A stretch of DNA of 63,563 nt, the filler included, from Nitrospinota bacterium (GTDB lineage Bacteria; JAUXIQ01): assembly GCA_030620925.1 (NCBI GenBank). It is 13 parts of 13 records of this genome, joined end to end, with 100 filler letters (N's around TTAATTAATTAA, not from the genome) between each part and the next. Parts side by side here need not be neighbours in the genome. Positions count along the whole stretch, not along the records: positions 33,481 to 42,496 come from JAUXIQ010000056.1; positions 42,597 to 45,429 come from JAUXIQ010000400.1; positions 45,530 to 49,130 come from JAUXIQ010000301.1; 10 more parts are not named here. The stretch is one strand, 5' to 3'. How positions within the stretch are numbered: position 1 is the first letter of the stretch; the number at the start of each line of letters is the position of its first letter. Positions 38,892 to 46,829 of the stretch are shown piece by piece. The notes beneath the pieces are model-generated. The model was not told the DNA's origin and searched no databases. It saw only the letters and a list, made by a program, of their open reading frames with translations. The position numbers and the translations under genes are program-made.

Positions 38892-39824
38892 ATGCCCGGT
38901 AGGCGAGGTCCTGATCTTTTACACCGCTGGGAAGGGAATCCGATTATTACCCTGGAAGACATTCCTTTCCGGTGCAATACGGTATTTAACGGCTCCTCTG
39001 TAAAGATCGGAGATGAATATTTGATTCTTCTGCGGGTCGAGGGACAGCAGGGTTATTCATTCTTCGCCCTGGCCAGGGGGGATGACGGCTATCATTTTGA
39101 TGTAGACCCGGAGCCTGTCCTGCTTCCGGAAAAAAACGGTCCTTTTGCAAAATATGAGACCCGTGGGTTGGAAGACCCACGGATCACCTTAATCGATGGG
39201 GTCTATTACATTCTATATTCTGTTGCTTCCAGTTACGGAACAAGGATCGCTATTGCAAAAACCCATGACTTTCAACGCTACGAACGCATCGCCATCATTT
39301 CCGAACCGGGCAACAAGGACGGCGTGCTCTTCCCGGAGAAGATCAAGGGAAGGTATGCCAGGCTGGACCGACCTCTTGGATCGTATAATGTCGGCTGCAT
39401 CTGGATTTCATATTCTGACGACCTGATCCACTGGGGCCATCATGAACCGGTAATCATGCCGCGGTCGGGATATTGGGACGCTGACCGCATAGGAGCATCC
39501 GTTCCGCCTATAAAAACCGAGAAGGGATGGCTGGAAATTTACCACGGCTTCAAAATGACAGCCTCAGGCCCCATCTACCGGATGGGAGCGGTTCTCCTGG
39601 ACCTGGACGATCCCGCAAAAGTGATTGCCCGAAGCGATGATGCCATACTTTCACCAAGGGAAAAATACGAGCGAATAGGAGACGTCAACAACGTAGTTTT
39701 TGCCTGCGGCGCCATAGTAGAGCCGAACAACGAAGTGAAAATATATTACGGTGGGGCGGACACCTGTTTATGTGTTGCGACCGTAAATATAGATCGGCTG
39801 ATTGAGGTTATAATAGAGGTATGA
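38892..39824 (+). CDS. GH130 beta-mannoside phosphorylase/hydrolase
   Basis: VFNG, LLRVEG, GLEDPRIT, NKDGVLFPEKI, EIYHG, ERIGDVNNVVF, YYGGAD; start set at ATG 38892. Confidence 0.9.
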   Translation: MPGRRGPDLLHRWEGNPIITLEDIPFRCNTVFNGSSVKIGDEYLILLRVEGQQGYSFFALARGDDGYHFDVDPEPVLLPEKNGPFAKYETRGLEDPRITLIDGVYYILYSVASSYGTRIAIAKTHDFQRYERIAIISEPGNKDGVLFPEKIKGRYARLDRPLGSYNVGCIWISYSDDLIHWGHHEPVIMPRSGYWDADRIGASVPPIKTEKGWLEIYHGFKMTASGPIYRMGAVLLDLDDPAKVIARSDDAILSPREKYERIGDVNNVVFACGAIVEPNNEVKIYYGGADTCLCVATVNIDRLIEVIIEV

Positions 39825-40867
39825 TTCGACGACATGAGACAAATCCTCTGATCAAGCCTGAAATGGTCAAGCCGTCCCGCAGCGGCTATCGTGTGAGAGG
39901 AGTGTTTAACCCGGCGGCCGCAGTCTACGGCGACGAGATAGTTCTTTTGCTGAGGGTAGCCGAGGACTGCGAGAGCAAAGACGGCCGGGTGGCGGTTCCC
40001 TATTACAGGTTTGAAGGGGGACGGGGCCATCCGGAAATTCTGGAAGTAAGGGCGGATGATCCCGCTGTGCAGTTAAAGGATACGCGGGGCGTGGTTTATG
40101 AGGGAAGAGACTACCTGTCCACCCTGAGTCATATTCGGCTGGCTCGCAGCCGGGATGGGGTAAATTTTAAAGTAGACGAAAAACCGTTCATCTATCCCTG
40201 CCATGAGAGTGAATCTTTCGGGGTGGAAGACGCAAGAGTTACAAAAATAGGCGACAACTATTATATCAACTATACCGCCGTTTCCGGCGACGGCTTTGCC
40301 ACCGCCCTGGCCGCCACTGAAAATTTCGTCGATATTGACCGGAAGGGGATTATCTTCCCGCCGCAGAATAAGGATGTTTCCATTCTCCCGGAAAAGATCA
40401 AGGGGAAATATTGCGCACTGCACCGCCCCAACAACGACGGGTTCGGTTTGCCCTCCATCTGGTACAGCGAATCGCAGGACCTTATTCACTGGGGCAATCA
40501 CAAGTGCCTGGCCCGGCCGCTGGACACGATGTGGGAGAAAATGAAAATAGGTGGTGGAGCGGCACCGATAAAAACAAGGGAAGGATGGCTGGAAATTTAC
40601 CACGGCAAAGGAGAAGACCATGTCTACTCGTTGTCGTTATTATTGTTGGATTTAAACCAGCCTTCACTAGTGTTGAAAAGAGGGCGAGAGCCGATCCTAT
40701 TCCCGCAAGAGAAATATGAAACCGAGGGCTTTTTCCCCAACGTCGTGTTTTCCAACGGCTTGATTGAAAAAGATGACGGCAGACTTTTTATTTATTACGG
40801 CGCATGCGATGAAACAGTTTGTCTGGCGGAAACGACCGTGGAATCACTTTTAAACACATTGAAATAG
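39821..40867 (+). CDS. GH130 beta-1,2-mannobiose phosphorylase-like (Lin0857 type)
   Basis: NPLI.P..VKPS, GVFNP, LLLRVAE, YLSTLSHIRLARS.DG, GVEDARVT, NKDV, ALHRP, IYHG, GFFPNVVF. Confidence 0.85.
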   Translation: MIRRHETNPLIKPEMVKPSRSGYRVRGVFNPAAAVYGDEIVLLLRVAEDCESKDGRVAVPYYRFEGGRGHPEILEVRADDPAVQLKDTRGVVYEGRDYLSTLSHIRLARSRDGVNFKVDEKPFIYPCHESESFGVEDARVTKIGDNYYINYTAVSGDGFATALAATENFVDIDRKGIIFPPQNKDVSILPEKIKGKYCALHRPNNDGFGLPSIWYSESQDLIHWGNHKCLARPLDTMWEKMKIGGGAAPIKTREGWLEIYHGKGEDHVYSLSLLLLDLNQPSLVLKRGREPILFPQEKYETEGFFPNVVFSNGLIEKDDGRLFIYYGACDETVCLAETTVESLLNTLK

Positions 40868-40880
40868 AGGAGGAGGCAAA

Positions 40881-42011
40881 ATGAGAATAGCTTTTATTTC
40901 CACCTATCCTCCCATTGAATGCGGCATTGCCACTTACACCAGTTACCTTAATGATGCGTTGAGAAAGCTGCATAACGAGACGCTGGTGATCAGCCCTTTC
41001 GGTGCAGCGGGAGAAAATGTGTTTCCCATTTACTCGCGGGGCAGCGCCTACTTCGCCTCTGAAACCTTTAACATTTGCGAAGAGATAACCCCCGACCTGG
41101 TCCACATACAACACGAATACGGACTCTACGGCCCTCAGAAGGGAGTCCACATAATAGAGCTGATTCTGAGATTACGCCTGGTCGGCTTACCTGTCGTTAC
41201 CACTCTGCACACGGTGTACGAAGACCTTAATAATGATGAACAAATTATTCTCCGCATAGTGGTGGATGAAAGCTCGGCGATTATCGTCCACGAGGATTAT
41301 CAGAAAGAGACGCTGGTGAGATATTTCGGCGGAGGGGAAAAAATCCACGTGATACCCCATGGCGTGCGGGAGCTCCTGCCCATTCCCGACGCCAAAGAGA
41401 AGCTGGAAATCTTCGACAAACAGGTGATACTTTTATGCGGCTACTTTCGGCCCACCAAGGGGTTTCATAAAATTGTGGAATGGTTCCCGGAAATCTGTAG
41501 GCAAGTGGATGATGTGATTCTGGTAATCGCAGGGAAATCGCGAGGCCTGGAGTTCCGGGACTATCAGAGGAAGTTTTTTGAGTCGATCAACAGTTCTCCG
41601 GTCAGTGACAAAATCGCTGTGCTGAGAGGACAATTCCCCCAGGATACCTTTGATACGATCGTCTCCGCCAGCGACGTGGTGGTATTACCTTATGAAATCG
41701 GCGCCCAAAGCGGCATAATGGCACACTGTTTCGCCTTCGGCAAGCCGGTCATTACCTCAAATCTGCCGGCGTTTAAGAAGACCATCGACAAGAGCAAAGG
41801 GGGCTTCACCTGCGATACCGAAGCAGATTACATGGAAAATATTGTAAACACCCTCAATGACTCGAACTTACAAAAGATGCTCGAGGAAAATATAAGAAAC
41901 TACGTAAAAGAAAAAGTGGGCTGGTCAACTGTGGCCCAACAACATATCGAGGTTTATCGCTCGGTCATTAGAGTTCCCTACGGCAACGCAAAGTATGTCT
42001 ATCTGGGATAA
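40881..42011 (+). CDS. Glycosyltransferase family 4 (GT-B)
   Basis: STYPPIECGIATY, HIQHEYG, TTLHT, IPHG, KGF, SDVVVLPY..QSG..GKPVI. Confidence 0.9.
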   Translation: MRIAFISTYPPIECGIATYTSYLNDALRKLHNETLVISPFGAAGENVFPIYSRGSAYFASETFNICEEITPDLVHIQHEYGLYGPQKGVHIIELILRLRLVGLPVVTTLHTVYEDLNNDEQIILRIVVDESSAIIVHEDYQKETLVRYFGGGEKIHVIPHGVRELLPIPDAKEKLEIFDKQVILLCGYFRPTKGFHKIVEWFPEICRQVDDVILVIAGKSRGLEFRDYQRKFFESINSSPVSDKIAVLRGQFPQDTFDTIVSASDVVVLPYEIGAQSGIMAHCFAFGKPVITSNLPAFKKTIDKSKGGFTCDTEADYMENIVNTLNDSNLQKMLEENIRNYVKEKVGWSTVAQQHIEVYRSVIRVPYGNAKYVYLG

Positions 42012-42044
42012 ACGTCACGTGTAACTGAGAAGTTAATCCGATTT

Positions 42045-42496
42045 CTATTTCCCCTTGAATACCGGCTCTCTCTTCTCGACGAAGGCCGTAGCGCCTTCCT
42101 TATGGTCTTCGGTGGCGAAGCAGTAGCGCATGGCGAATGAGTGCCACTCATTCCACTCGTCCAGCGGCATATTAAGGCCCCTGCGGATGCCTTCCTTGGC
42201 CAGTTTCAGCGATATCGGAGGCTTGTTGGCGATCCTGCCCGCCAGCTCCATGGTAGCAGGCATCAGCTCCTCGTGGGGAACCACCTTGTTGACCAGGCCG
42301 ATGCGCGCCGCCTCCGCCCCGTCTATGATGTCGGCGGTTAGTATCAGCTCGTAAGCCTTGGCCAGACCCACCAGCCTGGGCAGCATGATCATCCCTTCGT
42401 CGGGGATCAGCCCCACTCTCAGGAACACCTCCCCGAACCTGGCTCTTTCAGAGGCTATCCTCATGTCGCACATCAGGGTGATATCGCAGCCGTAGC
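42045..42496 (-). CDS. Enoyl-CoA hydratase/isomerase (crotonase; PaaG-like Asp motif), 5'-partial
   Basis: GYGCDITLMCDMRIAS..FGEVFLRVGLIPD..LPRLVG..GLVNKVV..EGATAFVEKREPVFKG. Confidence 0.88.
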
Positions 42497-42596
42497 NNNN
42501 NNNNNNNNNNNNNNNNNNNNNNNNNNNNNNNNNNNNNNNNTTAATTAATTAANNNNNNNNNNNNNNNNNNNNNNNNNNNNNNNNNNNNNNNNNNNN

Positions 42597-42777
42597 GATC
42601 TATGGGCAGGGCGAAGCTGACAGCGGATTTGGCCTCCGGCAAGACGTAAGTCAGGTCCGTGGAAGGCGGCCCGCCTTCCAATGTTTCTAATGTCGCTACC
42701 CCAGCAGAGCTGGCGCCCAGCCTCCGGGCGTAGTCCATGACTCTTTCCGCCAACGTATCGGGTGTCCAATCGGTCAT
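42597..42777 (-). CDS. N-terminus of QueG-like (epoxyqueuosine reductase-related) Fe-S protein, truncated
   Basis: ARRLGASSAGVA..GGPPSTDLTYVLPEAKSAVSFA; AAGGAGG RBS. Confidence 0.55.
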
Positions 42778-42923
42778 TTATTCCTCCTTAAATTCAGGGT
42801 TGCCTGGTACTTCTGATATATATGAACATGTCGAGCATATCAACCAACGGTGAATAACATCTTAGCAGTAAGTTCAGACATATTCCAACTGGATATGAGC
42901 ACTGTATCTGAGATCGATCCCAT

Positions 42924-44519
42924 TCATTCGATAGCCTTGTCTTCCAGAATAAGATTACCTGTCGCGCTGTCCAGTGCGACGAAGATGTTGCGACGCCAGT
43001 TAGTGTCGTCTGTTTCCGGGTAATCCTCCCTGTAGAGCGCGCCCCGGCTCTCTTTCCGCATAAGGCCTGCCTCCAGAATACAGCGCAGTGTGAGCAGCGC
43101 CGAGCGCATGCGGTTGTTCCTCAGTCCCTCGGTGATGTTACCGGGAGTCAGAGCTTCCAGCTCATCTTCCATCTGCGACGCCAGCTCCAACCCCTCTTGC
43201 ATACCCTCATGGGTGCGAATGATTCCCGCGTTCTCCCAGGCCGTCTTTTTAATCTTTTTGAACAGTTTGCCATATTCCGTCCGTGCACCCTGGCCCTTTT
43301 CCCATACCCAGTCGGGGATGCGGTCTTTCACACCGGATTCAGGAACTTCAACCGCCCCTTTACTTCTGGCCAAAGAAGCGGCGTTCCCACCGGCTACAGT
43401 TCCGGTGACTATACACTCGGTTAGAGCATTCCCGCCTCTTCGGTTGGCGCCGTGAAGTCCGCCCGCCACCTCTCCGATTGCGAAAAGGCCTGATATATTC
43501 GTTTCCATATGGGTATTAATCTCCACCCCGCCCATGAAGAAGTGGGCGATAGGAGCGATACGCAGTTTCTGCGTGCGGAAATCGAATTTATTTTTAGACA
43601 ACATTTGCAGGTACTTGAGATCCACCCATTCCGATTCCTTGACATTTGTCATATCAAGGAACACCCCCCCTTCCCTGTGTTTCCTGTAGAATAAAATTGA
43701 TGCAGTGTCCCTGAACCGCATTACAGCATCCCAGAGGCTATCGCAGTTTTCCAGTTCATCCAGCACGTTTCCACCCTGTGCGTCGTATATCCTAATATCC
43801 TCTGATGGAAGCAGTGGCAGTAAAAGGGATGGTGTCGCCCCCGGCTGGGCGATGCCCATGGGGTAGAACTGAACGAACTCCATGTCTTTCAGTTTGCAAC
43901 CGGCTTTCAGGGACATGGCGAAGCCGTCGCCGGTGATGCCCATGGGGTTTGTACTTCTTAGATAGATGGCGGCCGCTCCGCCGGTGGCCAATATCACCGA
44001 AGGTGCACTTATTACAACCGGCCCTTCGGCTGTTACCCCCAGGATACCGGCCACCGAGCCAGACTCCATTATCAGCTCCAGGCAGTGAAAACCTGAGAGT
44101 GATTTGATTCCTCGCGCTTCCAGTATTCTTCGCATGGAGCTTACAAGGCGGTAGCCGGGGATAATCTTTTCGTTTCCCAGGTTATCCACCCTGTACCCGC
44201 CATCCCCGGGCAGCAAATCTACCCCTGCATCACGCAGCTTTTCCAGGCATTCTTTTCCCTTTCTGGTTATCAGATCAACAAGTCGTAAATCGTTGATACC
44301 TCGGCCAGCCACCAGTGTTTCTTCATAATGGTACTCCGGAGAGGTTTTTGTGGAGGAACTGGTGAAAATGCCGCCTGCAAGAGAAGTGCAGGTTCCCTTC
44401 CCGACTGCTCCCTTGCCTACTACGAGTACATCGGCTCCTTTTTCTGCCGCCTCTATGGCGGCCATCATCCCCGCGCCGCCGGTTCCGATTATGACCACAT
44501 CTGCGCTTAATCTTTTCAT
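42924..44519 (-). CDS. FAD-dependent oxidoreductase, fumarate reductase/L-aspartate oxidase flavoprotein family
   Basis: IIGTGGAG, ILATGG, TGDG, MEFVQFYP, AHFFMGG, GLHGANRRGGNAL, RKESRG. Confidence 0.85.
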   Translation of the reverse strand: MKRLSADVVIIGTGGAGMMAAIEAAEKGADVLVVGKGAVGKGTCTSLAGGIFTSSSTKTSPEYHYEETLVAGRGINDLRLVDLITRKGKECLEKLRDAGVDLLPGDGGYRVDNLGNEKIIPGYRLVSSMRRILEARGIKSLSGFHCLELIMESGSVAGILGVTAEGPVVISAPSVILATGGAAAIYLRSTNPMGITGDGFAMSLKAGCKLKDMEFVQFYPMGIAQPGATPSLLLPLLPSEDIRIYDAQGGNVLDELENCDSLWDAVMRFRDTASILFYRKHREGGVFLDMTNVKESEWVDLKYLQMLSKNKFDFRTQKLRIAPIAHFFMGGVEINTHMETNISGLFAIGEVAGGLHGANRRGGNALTECIVTGTVAGGNAASLARSKGAVEVPESGVKDRIPDWVWEKGQGARTEYGKLFKKIKKTAWENAGIIRTHEGMQEGLELASQMEDELEALTPGNITEGLRNNRMRSALLTLRCILEAGLMRKESRGALYREDYPETDDTNWRRNIFVALDSATGNLILEDKAIE

Positions 44520-44933
44520 GCCTGAATGATCCCTCTTTATGCAGCTCTTCCATCCTGTCCAGGGTGCGAATCGGTGACAAATTCAATAACTACCTTAGCA
44601 AAATCCTGTAATGATGTTAACAAGAGAATTCTTTGGGAAGGATCAAGGAGAATATTCTTCTATAGGAATAACAGGGTAGACACTAGATATTGGGGTTGGT
44701 TAGATAAGGGTCGAAAAGTTTCAATATCTTGCCAATATTGAGGGCTATCAAAACTGAAGATAAAATCTGAATATCGAAACTTCCCCGATTATAAGGTGAA
44801 CCCCTTCCCAGCTCACGCTTCATATGTGATGAAGCTTCTTATACAGAACTCGGTTCCCCTCGATATCCGCTATTTGGGGAACGCCATTTTTCCTAACTCG
44901 GCTTTGACATAGAAAAGGTGGAGCTCGGCCGGC

Positions 44934-45429
44934 CTACTCGCGTCTTTCAATGGTGTGCAAATCTATCCCTTCCACGCCTTCCCATACCATATCCCACTCG
45001 TGGTCCGTGAGGTGTGATTCCATCATCGGAAGCAGCACGTTGTCCTCCTTATCTATATGGCCCCGGAGAAGCTCGATCAGGGAACGAGCATTGAACATCA
45101 TATCCTTCACCACCTCGTCCGATGGTGCCCCCGCGGCGCTGATTGCCTCCTGGTCTTCCTTGAACTTGTCAATGGCCTGGAAAATCCTTTCATGCTCTTC
45201 CAACATGAGCCCTATGGGGCTCATGTCACGAGGGACATATTTCTCCAGGGCGGGGAAGAGCACCTTCTCCTCCCGCTGGAAGTGCACCACCAACTCAGTA
45301 TCAAAAAGCTCTATCATTTCATCGAAAAAGGCGGTATCCGCTTTTTTCCAGGGAAGCAGAGTCATCTTCCATTCGTAGGAAAATCCGGTCCAGCTTCTCC
45401 AGTCTGTCCAAGACCCCATGGTGGTCTGA
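44934..45429 (-). CDS. Hemerythrin-like domain protein, 5'-partial, with apparent frameshift at an A6 run (about 45342-45347)
   Basis: HFQREEKVLFP, MLEEH, HIDKEDNVLLP; the upstream helix SDHHGVLDRLEKL lies in a different frame. Confidence 0.75.
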
Positions 45430-45529
45430 NNNNNNNNNNNNNNNNNNNNNNNNNNNNNNNNNNNNNNNNNNNNTTAATTAATTAANNNNNNNNNNNNNNN
45501 NNNNNNNNNNNNNNNNNNNNNNNNNNNNN

Positions 45530-46333
45530 GAGGCTAAGGCCCTGGCGGGGGGGACGGCGCTGATATATCAGATCAAGCGGAGGCTTGTTTCTCCATCCCA
45601 CCTTGTGAATCTGAAAACCCTGAAAACGCTCGACTATATCGAACACGATTACAGGAAGGGGCTGCGTATAGGGGCGCTCACCAGACTCAGAACCATGGAA
45701 AAATCGGCCGTGATAAAAGAGAAATACCCCTGGCTGGCCCGCTGCGCGGCCGGTATGGGCTCGGTGCAGATGCGCAACTCGGCGACCATCGGGGGTAACC
45801 TGTGCCACGGCGAGCCCGCCGCCGATCTGCCACCTCTGCTGATGGCGCTCGGAGCCAGGGTGATGCTGAAGGGGGTAAGCGGGGAGCGGACGGTGAAGCT
45901 TGAGAATTTTTTTATAGATTTTTACGAGACCGTTTTGAGACAAGGGGAGATATTGTGCGAGATCCAGGTGCCCCGCATCCCCGGTGGAACGGGCGTCGCC
46001 TATCTGAAGTATAATCCCCGCTCGGCGATGGATATGGGAGTGGTGAGTGCGGCCGCCGCCCTGAGGCTGGAAGCCGGGGGAAACGTCTGCCGCGACGCAA
46101 GGATAACGCTGGGGTGTGCGGCACCCACGGTCATAAGGGTCGGGGAAGCCGAGGCGCTGCTGAAAGGCAAAAAGCCGACCGCCGCACTGATGAAACGGGC
46201 GGCCAAAGCCGCATCGACTGTCGCCGACCCCATCTCGGATTTCAGGGCGTCGGCGGAATACAGGAAGGAGATGGCGGCCATTTACGTCCGCCAGGCCATA
46301 GAGCAGGCCGCAGTTGACGCTAAATCAGTTTGA
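45530..46333 (+). CDS. Molybdenum hydroxylase FAD-binding (CoxM/XdhA-like) subunit, 5'-partial
   Basis: ALAGGT, IGALT, QMRNSATIGGN, PAAD, PISDFRASAEYR. Confidence 0.9.
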   Translation, partial: EAKALAGGTALIYQIKRRLVSPSHLVNLKTLKTLDYIEHDYRKGLRIGALTRLRTMEKSAVIKEKYPWLARCAAGMGSVQMRNSATIGGNLCHGEPAADLPPLLMALGARVMLKGVSGERTVKLENFFIDFYETVLRQGEILCEIQVPRIPGGTGVAYLKYNPRSAMDMGVVSAAAALRLEAGGNVCRDARITLGCAAPTVIRVGEAEALLKGKKPTAALMKRAAKAASTVADPISDFRASAEYRKEMAAIYVRQAIEQAAVDAKSV

Positions 46334-46352
46334 TAACGGGAAAGGTTCCTGA

Positions 46353-46817
46353 ATGATGAAGCGAAAAATGAAACTTACCGTTAACGGCGAGGAGCACAGC
46401 CTGGAAATCGAGCCCCACAGGACTCTGCTTTCCGTGCTCAGGGAAGAGCTGGAGCTGAAGGGGGCCAAAGAGGGCTGCGGGCAGGGATACTGCGGCGCCT
46501 GCACCGTCCTGCTGGAAGGCCAACCCATCTGCTCCTGCTGCCTGCTGGCCATGGACGCCCGGGGCAGGGAAATAGTTACCGTGGAGGGTCTGTCCGTGAA
46601 CGGGGAGCTGCACCCCTTACAGCAGTCCTTCATCGAACAGGGCGCCATACAGTGCGGCTACTGCACCCCGGGGATGCTCCTCTCGGCCAAGGCCCTGCTG
46701 GACGAAAACCCCTCCCCTTCGGAGGAAGATATACGCAGCGCCATCTCGGGGAACCTCTGCCGCTGCACGGGATACGTGAAGATCGTCAAGGCCATCAGGG
46801 CCGCCGCTGAAATCTAA
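46353..46817 (+). CDS. Molybdenum hydroxylase 2Fe-2S (CoxS-like) subunit
   Basis: GCGQGYCGACTV, QCGYCTPG, GNLCRCTGY. Confidence 0.95.
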   Translation: MMKRKMKLTVNGEEHSLEIEPHRTLLSVLREELELKGAKEGCGQGYCGACTVLLEGQPICSCCLLAMDARGREIVTVEGLSVNGELHPLQQSFIEQGAIQCGYCTPGMLLSAKALLDENPSPSEEDIRSAISGNLCRCTGYVKIVKAIRAAAEI

Positions 46818-46829
46818 AAGGGGGAAACG

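Noticed and set aside
42597-42777. Reductive dehalogenase
   Set aside because: Only 60 N-terminal residues are visible, with no Tat signal or Fe-S motifs; it cannot be supported beyond QueG-like.
45341-45348. A_AAA_AAG programmed -1 frameshift in the hemerythrin gene
   Set aside because: The heptamer is not in the upstream reading frame and the required shift is +1.
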